DNA of 64,000 bases from an uncultured Planctomycetota bacterium (GTDB lineage Bacteria > Planctomycetota > Planctomycetia > Isosphaerales > Isosphaeraceae). Both the position numbers and the translations under genes were made by a program. A model generated the notes under the pieces. That model was not told the origin of the DNA, did no database searches, and saw only the letters and a list, made by a program, of their open reading frames with translations. This document shows, one piece after another, positions 1 to 11,004 of this stretch (position 1 is its first letter; every line of letters starts with the position of its first letter). The stretch spans positions 4,704,001 through 4,768,000 of the forward strand of contig CAVTTN010000002.1 of assembly GCA_963737655.1 (NCBI GenBank), given 5' to 3'.

Positions 1-93
1 GCCAAGGCCCTCCTCGGACGCGACGAAACCGCCGACGCCCTGCCCCCCCTGCCTCCCACCAGCACGCCCGGCTTGAAGCTCAAGGCGAACTGA
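1..93 (+). CDS. 3' end of an unidentified gene running in from the left edge
   Basis: Open frame AKALLGRDETADALPPLPPTSTPGLKLKAN ends at TGA 91-93 with GC3-rich codons, just before a large hairpin. Confidence 0.55.
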   Translation, partial: AKALLGRDETADALPPLPPTSTPGLKLKAN

Positions 94-107
94 CGAACTG
101 TCCGGGT

Positions 108-218
108 GCAGGAAATGCCCCGTCATGTCGGGTGCATGAAATGCACCATCTTCCATCGCCTTGAATGGGGTGGAAGATGGTGCATTTCATGCACCCGACA
201 TGACGGGGCATTTCCTGC
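108..218. repeat. REPIN, family A: perfect 48-bp inverted repeat with 15-nt loop
   Basis: Arms 108-155 and 171-218 are exact reverse complements and contain GTCGGGTGCATGAAATGCACC. Lies between convergent genes. Confidence 0.9.
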
Positions 219-220
219 GG

Positions 221-3200
221 TTACGGGGCCGTCGCCGCCGTGATGGCGATCAGGGCCGGGACGCCCCTCCGGTCCTTGCCGTAGACGAGATCGAGGCTCT
301 CGATCGCCACGTCGGGCCTCGGGTTCGGCCAGGGCTTCACGTAGGCCACGGCCGAAACGTCGGAATTCGGGTAGGCCCGGGTCCAGCCGATCATCGCGCC
401 GGGGACGGCGGCGGGGGTCTTCTGCCGGTAGTCGTCCACGTCGATCTCCGAGACGATCGGCACGTCGATCGTCTTGCCGTCGGCGTAGTGGACGACGTAT
501 CGGGCCATCTCGTACCGCTTCTTCTCGCGGATTTCCTGGTCATTGCGGCGGGCGTCGATCCTCGCGGCCTGGAGGAAGAACAGGGCGTCGGCCTTCCTTC
601 CGACCGGAATTCCCCGAACTTCTTCGGCCGGCCCGTTCGGCACGCCGGGGCCGCCGAGCATCACGACCGTCGGCACGGGCGAGGTCTTGAAGTCGAACAC
701 CTCGAACGGCACGCCCGCGAACGTCTGCCGGCCGGTGGGCAGGTCCTTGAACGTGGCGTTCGAGTCGCCGAACCAGCCGCGTTCGGTCCGGTACTGGTTG
801 GCCTTCTTCGAGAGGTCCACCGGCGAATAGGCGAGGTCGGCCCCCGCCACCACGGTCTTGCCTCCGGCGAACGGGGCCTTGAGGTTCCTCAGGACCCCGG
901 CGAGCACGGCCCTCTTCTTCTCGGCATTCTCGGGCGCCTCCTCGCTCCCCGAGAACTTCAGATTCGCCAGGACGATCCCGCCCGGCCCCTTCGGATAGTG
1001 CATCAGCCCGCCCACGCTCACCATCGGCCGGACCTTCTCCAGGAACTCGGGCGACCGCCTGGCCTTCAGCCGGATGTTGTCCAGCCCCGTGACCTGCCCC
1101 TTGCCCGGCAGCTTCTCCCACTCGGCCAGCCGGAGGGTGATCTCCCGGCCTTTTTTCCCCGGAGGGACCGCGAACGTCTGCGGGTCGGTGTTCGCCTTCA
1201 CCGCGAACGTCGTTTCGTCCTTGCCGTCGAAGAGGAGCGAGAACTTCGTGACCGGCATGTAGAACGTGTTGCCGATCCATTCGACCTCGACGATCTCCTC
1301 GGCCCTCGGCAGGGGCAGAGCGAAGTCCAGGGGCGGGGAATCGGGCGCCGGGACGTTCACGATGTACTTCCAGGCGTCGGCCGAGACCATCCCGTTGACC
1401 ATGTTCTCCAGGAACGAGTTGGCGAACTTCGCGAACGGGGCGACGTCGTCGTAATCGACCACGAAGGCGAAGACGTCCGAGGCGACGTAATTCCCCTCCT
1501 GCCAGGGGAAGATCCGTTCGGACGAGTACATGGCCACGTCGGCCAGGGACAGGCCCGACATCAGCGGGTCCTTCACCGCGGGGAACGAGATCCGTTCGCG
1601 GCGGAACGGCCGGATCAGGTGCTCGACGCCCACGAGCTTGTTGAAGTCGGCGAGGCCCTCGGGCGTCAGGCCGTTCAGGACGACGTACCCGCCGGCCTTC
1701 GCGAACGCCTCGACCTCGGCCTGATTTCCGGCCAGCGCCTTCAGGTTCGCGGGGCTGGCCGAGATCACCGCGAGCTTCACCCCGGGCGCCCGGAGGGCCG
1801 AGAGCGGGTCGCTGAGCTTCTCGGCGCGGAGGCCGATGGCGTCGAGCGCCTCGGCGAGCCTCGGGGCGTCGTTCGCGGCCACGGCCACCGGGCGGAATTC
1901 CTGATTGTAGGTCGCCGCATGCTCGATCAGGTTCGCGAGCAGGTGTTGAGCAACGGCATTCGTCTCCAGGGTCTCGCCCACCCTCATCTGCGACAGGAGG
2001 AGCAGCCCCGGGCCGACCGGGACCTCGACGAGCCCGCTATTCTTCAAAGACTCGCCGCACTGGACGATCGAACGGGCGCCCCGAGAGGGCTTGAAATAGG
2101 CGTCGCGATAGACGACTTCGCCGGGGTTCCAGGTGAAGAAGTCTTTTTGCTTCAACCCCTTCACGGCCGGATGGGTGAGGTCCTCGATGAACGCGGTCCG
2201 GCCCTCGTTCTGGGCGCTCTCCATCTCGGCCGGCGCGATCGCCTGATACTTCAATGGATTCTTCTGTTCAAGGACGATCACGCGCTTGCCGCTCGACGCC
2301 AGGGCGGCGAGGCGGGTCGAGGTGCTCTCGGCCGGGTCGAGCGCGTCCTTGCCCACGAGGACGATCTTCGCCGAATCGGGGACGGAGGCGACGTCCTTCG
2401 CGGCCGCGAACGGGACCGATCGGGCCTTCAGGAAGGCCGAGGCGGAGCCGTGCGGGTCGATCACGGCCAGGTCGCCCGGCTTGAGGCCCGCGATCGACCG
2501 GACGGGCGGGAGGATCGACACGGCCTTCACGTCGCGGAAGACCTCCTTGCCGCCGACCTCCAGCGTCAGGACGAATTCTCCCTCGGCCCTCTCGGCCACT
2601 TCGGGGATCGCGAGCGGCTCGCGGTGGACCCACGATTCGCCGGGCTTCACCTTCGTCACCGCCCTCGGGAGATGCCTCGTGGCCCCGCCGATCTTCAGGA
2701 CGCGGTCCGCGATGATCGGCTCGTCCGAGCGGGTATCATTGAAGATGCCGAACGTCCTCGGGACCGTCTGCCCCGAGCCGAACGTCCAGTCCCACTCGCG
2801 GCAGAAGACCGCGCGGGGGGCGTTGGCGACGTACTGGCCGGTGGCCACGTCCTGATTCTGCCAGAAGTGGATCGCCCCGTAGCCGTTCCACCGGGCGCCC
2901 TCGGTCAGCATCCTCGCGACGATCCCGACGGCCCTCCGCGAGCCTCTGCTGGCCGAGGAAGACCTCCTCGCCGCCGAAGTAGCTGTACGCGGGATTATGC
3001 CCCTGCGCGAACAACTCCTCGCCGATGAACCTCGGCCGCTTCAGGTCCCACTCCCACCGCCCTCGGCCCCCGCCCTTCGTGTTCGGCTCGTAGGCGAGCG
3101 TCGGGTACTGAGGGAACGGGCCGGTCGTGTAGTGGTCGCCGTGGACCGGCATCCGGTTCGACTTCGTGGCCCCCCCGCCGTCGGTCATCGACGGACGGGT

Positions 3201-5189
3201 CGGGTCGGCGTCGCGGACGGCCTCGGCCGTCTTGATCGTCTCGGCCTCGAACAGGTCCATCAGGCCTCCGTAGAGGTTGATGCAGTTGATGTACAGATAC
3301 TCGTTCTCGATCGACCACAGCATGACCGACGGATGGTTGCGCTCGCCTTTGACCTGCGCCACCACCTGATCTCGCCAGTTTTGCATCAGGTCCATCTTGA
3401 TTTCGGACTTGTACTTCGCCTTGAGCTTCGGGTCGTTCTCGATGGCCATGTAGCCGATCCCCTCGCCGTCGAGCATCCCCGACCGGCGGACGACCACGCC
3501 GTTCCTGTCGAGGAAGTCGAGGGCCGGATCGGGCGGCATGTCCATCCACGACGTCCCCCAGAATCGCATGAACGTCTGGTTCGACTTGCGATAGAAATCG
3601 ACCCATTCTTTCGGGGTCGCGTGATTGTGGGTGTCGGCCCAGCCGTGCCAGGGGACGCCGTTCAGGAGGAAGTCCTTGCCCGAGATCGTCCACTCGCGGA
3701 AGCCGAACGGGACCTCGCCGACGTCGATCGGCTTGCCGCCCTCGCGGACCGTCGTCCGGAGCCGGTACATGGTCGGGTCGTCGGGCCACCAGGGCTTCGC
3801 GTCGGGCCAGGGGAACGCGGCCTTGATCACCGAATCGCTCGGCTTGATGGGGACCGGCGGGAACGCCCTGGCGACCCGGCCCGAGGCGTCGATCGCCTCG
3901 CAGATCACCTCGCCCTTCGTCCCGCGGTTCACCGAGACCTCGACGCCCAGCTCCTTCCTGGCGATCGACGGCTTGCAGAAGACGTCCGACGCATAGGTCG
4001 GCCCCGCGCAGACCAATTCCGGCGTGACGAGGATTCCCGACTCGGGATGGGCCCAGACCGGATAGGCCATGTCCTGGAAGCCGTCGCCGAAGAACTTCCT
4101 GGGCAGGTTGAACGCCTTGCGGAGCTTCATCGGATCCTCGGGGTCGGCCGCCCGGCCGTACCAGGCGTCCCGAATCCCGACCCAGACCTCGTTCACCCCC
4201 GGCTTGATCCCCTTCGTCACGTCAATCTGCACTCGCGCGAATGGATTCTTGTCGAAACCACAATAGACCCCGTTCACGAACACCGTCGTGTTCAGATTAT
4301 TCTGAGGGAACACAAGAAAGAACGACTTGCCGACAGCCGAGGCCGGCACCTCGACGCGCGTCCGATACCAGAGGCGATGGGCGAAGACGAGGTCGGGCCT
4401 CAGCGTGTTCTTGTCGCCGGGGACCGGGATGCCTTTCCAGAACGTGGTTTTCGGGAGGTTTTTCAGGGGTTCCGCGACCTCGCCGGGCATCTGCTCGTCG
4501 TCCCGGCAAACCTCCCAGAGGCCCTTGAGCTCGACCGACGATCGCCGCCCGTCGGCGGCCGGTTCGGGGAGGCGGAAGACGACCTTCTCGGCCTGGCGAT
4601 CGCGGGCGTCGCGGCCGTCGTCGCCGGGCCGGAACGGGCCGTTGGGGGTAAACTTGCCGGGATGAAGACAGAGGGCGTCGAGCGCCACGAGGATGCGGGC
4701 GGTCTGCCCCTTGTCGTCCTTCGTCTTCGGGGCGCGGATTTCCAGGGTGTGCTCGCCGGCCGTCAGGCGACGGTCCCCCAGCTTCAGCCAGGCGACCTCG
4801 CAGAAGAAGTCGATCTCCATGAGGTCGGTCGTGAGCTCGTCGGGATTCGAGCGGGTCCAGGCCCCGCCATCGATCCGCCAGTCGATCGGGGAGCGGACGA
4901 ACTCGAATCCGAGACGCGCCCAGACCTCATAAGACGCCTCACCCTTGGAGGTGAGCTTATAAGAAAACAGGGCCCCGTCGGCCGGGACGTCCTTCTCGAC
5001 CTTGTCGGCATCGATCGACAGATGCAGCCATTTTTCGCCGGAAAGGAACGTCTTGTTCCCCCATCCGGCGAGGTTCGCCTTGACGTTGGAGGCCGTCGGG
5101 GCCTCGCCCTCGATCCAGACGGGTTCGTGGGCCCGCGTCGGCGAGGCGAGGCAGGCCGCGACCAGGGCGGCCGGGAGGAGCGATCTCAT
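221..5189 (-). CDS. Large exported glycoside hydrolase family 2-like multidomain protein (~1650 aa), split by a 1-nt frameshift near 2940
   Basis: Signal peptide MRSLLPAALVAACLASPTRA; GH2 motifs FGFREW...FLLNG, RNHPSVMLWSIENE, DPTRP. ORFs 2736-5369 and 221-2911 join as ...FLGQQ/GSRRAVGIVARML. Confidence 0.8.
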
Positions 5190-5407
5190 GGCAGGGGCGC
5201 CGGGGTGGGTGCTCGGGGAGTCGATCGACGCGAGCGCGGATTGTAGGAGACCGACCGAGTCGATGCAATGATGCAGCCTCGGCCGCCGAGGCGGGACCGA
5301 AGCCGGGGGCACCATCGGCCATCCGGACTCAGCGGGCCGGACCTTGTCGGCTCGATCGGCTTCGGCCACAATCCGGGAGACATCCGACGAGGGGAGACCG
5401 GCGCGTC

Positions 5408-5800
5408 ATGGCGACGGAGAAGGGCGCGAACCTGGGCGGGGCCCGAAGCAGGGCGGCGCGGTTCCGGCGCGATCCCGGATCGGGCCCGTTCCCGCCTCCC
5501 CATCGGCTCGAGGGCGGGCGAGGCGACGCCCGACGACCGGCCCTGGGTACCCCCAAGTCCGACGAGGAGGAGTCCAGGCCGAAGGGACGCCGCCTCTCGC
5601 GGGGCCAGGTCGTCCACCTCGTCCTGTTCCTCGGACTGGCCGGGGTGTTCGTGGCGAGCTCGGCCGTCCTGCTGGACCCTTCCGCCTCGGCCGAGGCCCG
5701 ACGCAAGGCCGGGATCGTCTGGCCGAGCTTCCCCGGCTATTGCGGAGGCTACCTTTTGGGCCGATCCAATCGGACGCGTCGGCCCGATCCGGCAAAGTGA
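5408..5800 (+). CDS. Hypothetical small membrane protein
   Basis: ATG preceded by GAGGGGAG; hydrophobic segment VVHLVLFLGLAGVFVASSAVLL. Confidence 0.4.
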   Translation: MATEKGANLGGARSRAARFRRDPGSGPFPPPHRLEGGRGDARRPALGTPKSDEEESRPKGRRLSRGQVVHLVLFLGLAGVFVASSAVLLDPSASAEARRKAGIVWPSFPGYCGGYLLGRSNRTRRPDPAK

Positions 5801-6084
5801 CGGGTCGTTGCGCCCTTTGTCCGCTCGATCAGCCCGATCCGGGGATTTTCGCCCCCTCGCGATTTCGGGCGCGAACCGTCACGCCGCTGGACCCGTCCGT
5901 ATTTCGATTGTCGAAGAAATCCGGGCGAACTTCGAGGCCGAAGCTGTCGTATGATTGGGGACGGAACGTCCGAGCCGGGCCCGGTTTTTCCCGGGTGAGA
6001 TGGTGGCAAATGGCGTCAGGATGGCGACTTCGGGCGATTTGTGGCCGGATTCGGGCGGTTTTTTCGCCCGGCGGGAGAATTTCT

Positions 6085-6112
6085 TTGACTTCCTAGACGA
6101 CCGGTCTAATAT
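6085..6112 (+). promoter_or_regulatory. Candidate sigma-70 promoter upstream of the sigma factor gene, with an internal inverted repeat
   Basis: TTGACT-N16-TAATAT; TAGAC-N5-GTCTA (6094-6108) spans the spacer and the start of the -10. Confidence 0.45.
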
Positions 6113-6393
6113 CTGACGATAAGGATCGGATGTGTGGCCCGGGGCGTCGGCGACGCTCTGCTTGAGGCCGGGGTGGGCGAGGGGCGGGGCCGGGTGTTCC
6201 CGGGATTGGCCCGCGATTGGCCCGATTTTCGGATAGAGAGAGACGGAACAGAGTCCGGGGGCGCGACCCCGGGCCGGGCGGGACGCTCGACAGACGCCCC
6301 CCGGCCCCAGGGCCTCGCAGACACCGATTTCATCGAGCCGGGCCGGCCGTTGCGAGAGGATCGCGGGCCCGGCCGATCAGGAGAGCGAGTCCC

Positions 6394-7493
6394 ATGAGCA
6401 CCTCCCACGCGATTCGCCAGAGAACGGGCGCCCAGGCGCCCCTCGCCTTGCCGACGAGCCAGGCCCCCGCCTCGGCCATCGGCCCCCGGATCGCGGTCGG
6501 CCCGCTCGACGAGGCGACCAAGGCCGAGGTCGACAAGCTCAGCCGCCGAGGGGTCTCCTTCGACGTCCTGGCCACCCAGTTCGGGCGGACCCGGGCGTCG
6601 ATCGTCAAGGCGGCCACCGAGATGAGGGCGAGGCGAGCCCGGGAAACCAAGCTGGAGTTCATGCCCCACCCCAGCTTCGACGACCCCAGGGCCCAGCCCG
6701 AGATCCTCGCCGAGATGCCGGCCGCCGAACCCGGCAAGGCCCCGAGGAAGGTCCGCGCCCGGAAGGGCTGCCCCCCTACCTCGCCGACCTGTACGACGCC
6801 TTGCTCCTGACCCGCGAGCAGGAGGCCCACCTGTTTCGCAAGATGAACTTCCTCAAGGCCCAGGCGTCCAAGCTCCGCGAGACCATCGACCCGGCGAAGG
6901 CCCGGGCCTCGGACCTCGACAAGTTCGATCGCCTGATGGAGCTGGCCCTGGCCGTCAAGAACCAGATCATCAAGGCGAATTTGCGCCTGGTCGTCTCGAT
7001 CGCCAAGAAGCACGTCGGACCCAGCAACGACTTCTTCGAGCTGGTCTCCGACGGCAACATGGCCCTGATCCGGGCCGTCGAGAAGTTCGACTTCGCCCGG
7101 GGCAACAAGTTCAGCACGTATGCCTCCTGGGCGATCATGAACCGGTTCGCCCGGTCGATCCCCGAGGAGAACCACCGCCGGGACCGGTTCGTCACCGGCC
7201 ACGAGGCGATGTTCGACGCCGCCGCCGACACCCGGACCGACGAGTTCGAGTCCGAGAGCGCCGCCCGGAGGGTCCGCGAGGCCGTCCACGGCCTGCTCGG
7301 CCGGCTCGACGCGAGGGAGCGGCGGGTCCTGGAGAGCCGGTTCGGCCTCGGGGGCGCCAACGAGCAGACCCTGGAGCAACTCGGCAAGGAACTCGGGATC
7401 ACCAAGGAACGGGTCCGCCAGATCGAGTCCCGCGCCCAGGACAAGCTCCGCAAGATCGCCGGAGAGGCCCGCCTGGACCCCGCCGCCATCTAA
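6394..7493 (+). CDS. RNA polymerase sigma-70 family factor (planctomycete type), frameshift in a C-run near 6759
   Basis: Region 2 ANLRLVVSIAKK...DGNMALIRAVEKFD...KFSTYASWAI; region 4 TLEQLGKELGITKERVRQIE; CAGGAG RBS before ATG 6394. Confidence 0.88.
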
Positions 7494-7605
7494 GCCAACC
7501 TGCCAGATTGGCAGGACGGATCGATCCATACTCAACCCCCTCGCCCGCCGCAAACCGCGACGGACGAGGGGGTTCTCGCATCGTTTCCACGATGGTACGC
7601 GAAAT

Positions 7606-7791
7606 GTAGGGTGCATGAAATGCACCTTCTCCCGCGCGGGCCAGGCCCGCCAGCCTCGTCCTCTCTGATTGCCGAGCCCCCTTGGATTGCCGAGCGGCCG
7701 GAGGAGGAGGCGGTTGCGGTTGCGGGCTTCGCCCGCGCGGGGTTGGTGCATTGCATGCACCCTACACGACGGTGCATTTCATGCACCCTAC
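7606..7791. repeat. REPIN, family A (one forward and two reverse copies)
   Basis: GTAGGGTGCATGAAATGCACC at 7606-7626; reverse copies at 7745-7765 and 7771-7791. Confidence 0.9.
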
Positions 7792-7803
7792 GGGACTTCG
7801 TCG

Positions 7804-9678
7804 ATGCCGACTTCCAGCGAATACACGTTCCAGGCCGAGATCAAGCAGCTCCTGCACCTCCTGTCGCACTCGCTCTACCAGAGCCGGGACATCGCCGTCC
7901 GAGAGCTGGTCTCGAACGCTTCGGACGCCCTCGACAAGATGCGCTATCTGGCCCTGACCGAGGAGCGATACCGCGACGAGGCCCCTCTGGAGATCGTCCT
8001 GGAAGGCAAGCCCGACGCGAAGGAGCTGGTCCTCCGCGACAACGGAGTCGGGATGACCCGCGACGAGCTCGTCACCAACCTCGGCACGATCGCCCACAGC
8101 GGATCGCGGAAATTCCTCGAAGACGTCGCCTCGGCCTCCTCGGGGAAGAAGGCCGACCTCTCGCTGATCGGCCAGTTCGGCGTCGGGTTCTACTCGGCCT
8201 TCATGATCGCCGATTCGGTGACCGTCCGCACGCGGAGCTATCGCGAGGAGGCCGGCTGGGAGTGGAAGTCCGACGGCACCGGCACCTTCACCGTGACCGA
8301 GGCCGCCGGCCTCCCCCGAGGCACCGAGATCACCCTCCACCTCAAGGACGACGCCTCCGAATACGCCCAGGATTGGAAGCTCCGCGACGTCGTGGGCCGC
8401 TACTCCGGCTTCGTCCCCCATCCCATCAAGGTCGGCGGCGAGGTCGCCAACGCCCAGAAGCCGATCTGGGTCGAGCCGAAGTCGCAGGTCACCGAGGAGC
8501 AGTACACCCAGTTCTATCAGCATTTGAGCGGCCATCTCGAAGAAAAGCCGCTCTGGCACCTCCACCTCGCCGCCGATTCGCCGATCCAGTTCCGCGCCGT
8601 CCTGTATGGCCCGCCGACGAACCTCGAAGCCCTGGGCCTGGGCCTGACCGACCACGGCCTGAGCCTCTGCGCCAAACGGGTCCTCGTCCAGCCCGACTGC
8701 CGGGACCTCCTGCCCGAGTTCCTCCGGTTCGTCCGGGGCCTGGTCGATAGCGAAGACCTGCCTTTGAACGTCTCCCGGGAGACCCTCCAGGACAACTCGG
8801 TCATCCGCAAGATCCGCGGGTCCCTGGTCAAGGGCGTCCTGGACCTCCTGACCAAGATGGCCGAGGAGGAGCCCGACCGCTATCGCGAATTCTACAAGAC
8901 CTTCGGCGTCTATCTGAAGGAGGGCGTGGCCCGGGACTTCGCCAGCCGGGACCGCCTGGCCAAGCTCCTGCGGTTCCCGTCGTCGAGGTCCGAAGGGGAC
9001 TTGCCGACCGTCTCCCTCGACGATTACGTCGGCCGGATGGTCACCGACCAGCAGCGCATCTATTATCTGGGAGGCCCGGACCTCTCCGCGCTGAAAAAGA
9101 GCCCGAACCTGGAGGTTTTTCGGAGGAAGGGGATCGAGGTCCTGTTCCTGACCGAGGCCGTCGACGAGTTCGTGATGAACGCGCTCCACAAGTTCGCCGA
9201 CAAGGAGCTCACCTCGATCGACTCGGCCGACCTGGACCTCCCGGGCGACCCGGCCGAATCGGCCAAACCGAGCGAGGAGGGCGGATTCGGCCGCGTTTTG
9301 GAGCTGTTCCGCAAGGCGTTGGGGGATCGGGTGAAGGAAGTCCGCGGCTCGAAGCGGCTGACGGATAGCCCGTGTTGCCTGGTCTCGGCCGAGGGCGGGA
9401 TGAGCACCCAGATGCACCGGATCTTGCAGATGGCCGGCAAGGGCGTGCCCGAGCCGCCGAGGGTCCTGGAAGTGAACCCCGATTCCCCGTTGATCGCCCG
9501 GCTGGCGACCCTCTCGGCGAACCCCGCCCACGACGGCTTCATCGGCGAGTGCGGCCTCCAGCTCTGGTCGGGCGCCATGTTGCTCGAAGGCAGCGTGCCC
9601 GAGCCCCAGGACCTCGCCTCCCGGATGCAGAAATTCGTCGAGCAGGCCGCCGAGGCGAGGTCGCCGATCATCGTCTGA
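7804..9678 (+). CDS. htpG: Molecular chaperone HtpG (Hsp90)
   Basis: FQAEIKQLLHLL.HSLY, RELVSNASDA, DNGVGMT, IGQFGVGFYSAF, DSEDLPLNVSRETLQ. Confidence 0.97.
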   Translation: MPTSSEYTFQAEIKQLLHLLSHSLYQSRDIAVRELVSNASDALDKMRYLALTEERYRDEAPLEIVLEGKPDAKELVLRDNGVGMTRDELVTNLGTIAHSGSRKFLEDVASASSGKKADLSLIGQFGVGFYSAFMIADSVTVRTRSYREEAGWEWKSDGTGTFTVTEAAGLPRGTEITLHLKDDASEYAQDWKLRDVVGRYSGFVPHPIKVGGEVANAQKPIWVEPKSQVTEEQYTQFYQHLSGHLEEKPLWHLHLAADSPIQFRAVLYGPPTNLEALGLGLTDHGLSLCAKRVLVQPDCRDLLPEFLRFVRGLVDSEDLPLNVSRETLQDNSVIRKIRGSLVKGVLDLLTKMAEEEPDRYREFYKTFGVYLKEGVARDFASRDRLAKLLRFPSSRSEGDLPTVSLDDYVGRMVTDQQRIYYLGGPDLSALKKSPNLEVFRRKGIEVLFLTEAVDEFVMNALHKFADKELTSIDSADLDLPGDPAESAKPSEEGGFGRVLELFRKALGDRVKEVRGSKRLTDSPCCLVSAEGGMSTQMHRILQMAGKGVPEPPRVLEVNPDSPLIARLATLSANPAHDGFIGECGLQLWSGAMLLEGSVPEPQDLASRMQKFVEQAAEARSPIIV

Positions 9679-9963
9679 ACCGCCCGAGGCGAGAGATTGG
9701 ACGCTCGGCGACCGAGGAAGCTTCGAAGGAATCTCGCTCGCGATTCGAGCTCGGCCGACGCCATGCCCACGACGAGGTGGGCAGGCCGCCCGGACCGAGG
9801 CATCCCCGGCGATTTTTTGGGCCGAGCCGTCACGAGGGCGAGCCTCGGGCGACTAATCCCCCGGAGCCGCGGTCATGGAGGCCGTGAATAAAGGGACCGG
9901 GGCGGGCGTCTGACCGGGAGAAGATCGGTGGAACCCACACTTCTCCATGCGGATATCCCTCCC

Positions 9964-10560
9964 ATGACTGCCCCCGGCACCGGCACCGCCACGGACCCCG
10001 AGACCTGGCTCGATCGTCATGGCGACGCCCTCTATCGGCTCGCCCTCCTCCGGGTGGGCGATCCCGACATCGCCTCGGAGCTCGTCCAGGAAACGTTCCT
10101 GGCGGCCCTTCGCGGCCGGGCGACGTTCTCGGGCCGATCGACCGAGCGAACGTGGCTCGTGGGCATCCTCAAGCACAAGGTCCTCGACCGCCGGAGGAAG
10201 TTCGGCCGGGCTCCCCAGGTCCTCGAAGGCCCCGCCGTCGAGGACGCCCTGGCCGGCCCGTTCGACGCCCGGAAGCACTGGAAGAAGTTCCCCGGCCGGT
10301 GGCCAAACGACCCGAGCCGGACCCTGGAGGACCAGGAGTTCTGGGCGGTCCTGAGCGGCTGCCTGGACGGCCTGCCCCGCCCCCTGGCCGAGGCCTTCGT
10401 CCTGACCGAGATCGACGACAGCGACCGCCGGGCCGTCTGCGACGACCTGGAGATCACCCCCGCCAACCTCTCCGCCCGGCTCCACCGGGCCCGGATGCTC
10501 CTCCGAGGGTGCCTCGAATCCCGATGGTTCCGCGCCGGCGAGGAACCCAGCCCGTCGTGA
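9964..10560 (+). CDS. ECF RNA polymerase sigma factor
   Basis: ASELVQETFLAAL...TWLVGILKHK (region 2); NLSARLHRARMLLRGCL (region 4). Confidence 0.9.
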   Translation: MTAPGTGTATDPETWLDRHGDALYRLALLRVGDPDIASELVQETFLAALRGRATFSGRSTERTWLVGILKHKVLDRRRKFGRAPQVLEGPAVEDALAGPFDARKHWKKFPGRWPNDPSRTLEDQEFWAVLSGCLDGLPRPLAEAFVLTEIDDSDRRAVCDDLEITPANLSARLHRARMLLRGCLESRWFRAGEEPSPS

Positions 10561-10589
10561 CCCGACCCCCGACCCTTCCGAGGACGTTT

Positions 10590-10874
10590 ATGGACCGGCC
10601 CCTCTCGCTCGCCCAGCTCCTGACGCTGCCTTGCGAGGACGCCGCCCACCTCGCGTCCGACGCCCTCGACCGCGACCTGGAATTCCCCGAGAGGTTCGCC
10701 GTCCGCCTCCACGAAGTCTACTGCCTGGGCTGCCGCCGCTACCGCAAGCAGCTCGGCTTCCTCCGGGACGCATCCCGGAAACTCCTCGCCGGGGACGCCG
10801 AGACCGCGGCCCTCCCCGCCGAGGCGAAGGAAAAAATCCGAGAGGCCCTCCGCCGGGCCGACGACCCCTCCTGA
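10590..10874 (+). CDS. Zinc-finger (zf-HC2/ZAS-type) anti-sigma factor
   Basis: C...HEVYCLGC (HxxxCxxC); directly downstream of the ECF sigma; GAGGA RBS. Confidence 0.85.
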   Translation: MDRPLSLAQLLTLPCEDAAHLASDALDRDLEFPERFAVRLHEVYCLGCRRYRKQLGFLRDASRKLLAGDAETAALPAEAKEKIREALRRADDPS

Positions 10875-11004
10875 GCGAGGCGCGACGACCCCCAGCCCCC
10901 CAACCCGCGATCGCCCGGCGTTCGCCGAGTGGGGCCTCGTCTGGCTCTTTTTGTGAAAATCTTTATATAAGTTCACACATTTCTGAGAGAAGAAAGGACG
11001 GCGC

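Noticed and set aside
161..3028. Long antisense or alternate-frame ORFs (e.g. 161-3028+, 25830-28346+, 31085-33421+, 51238-53721-)
   Set aside because: These are shadow ORFs expected in high-GC DNA, overlapping well-supported genes and carrying no family motifs.
7592..7607. Sigma-54 promoter for htpG (TGGTACGCGAAATGT)
   Set aside because: The -12 GC is missing (GT, which is the start of a REP). Disruption by REP insertion is possible but unsupported.
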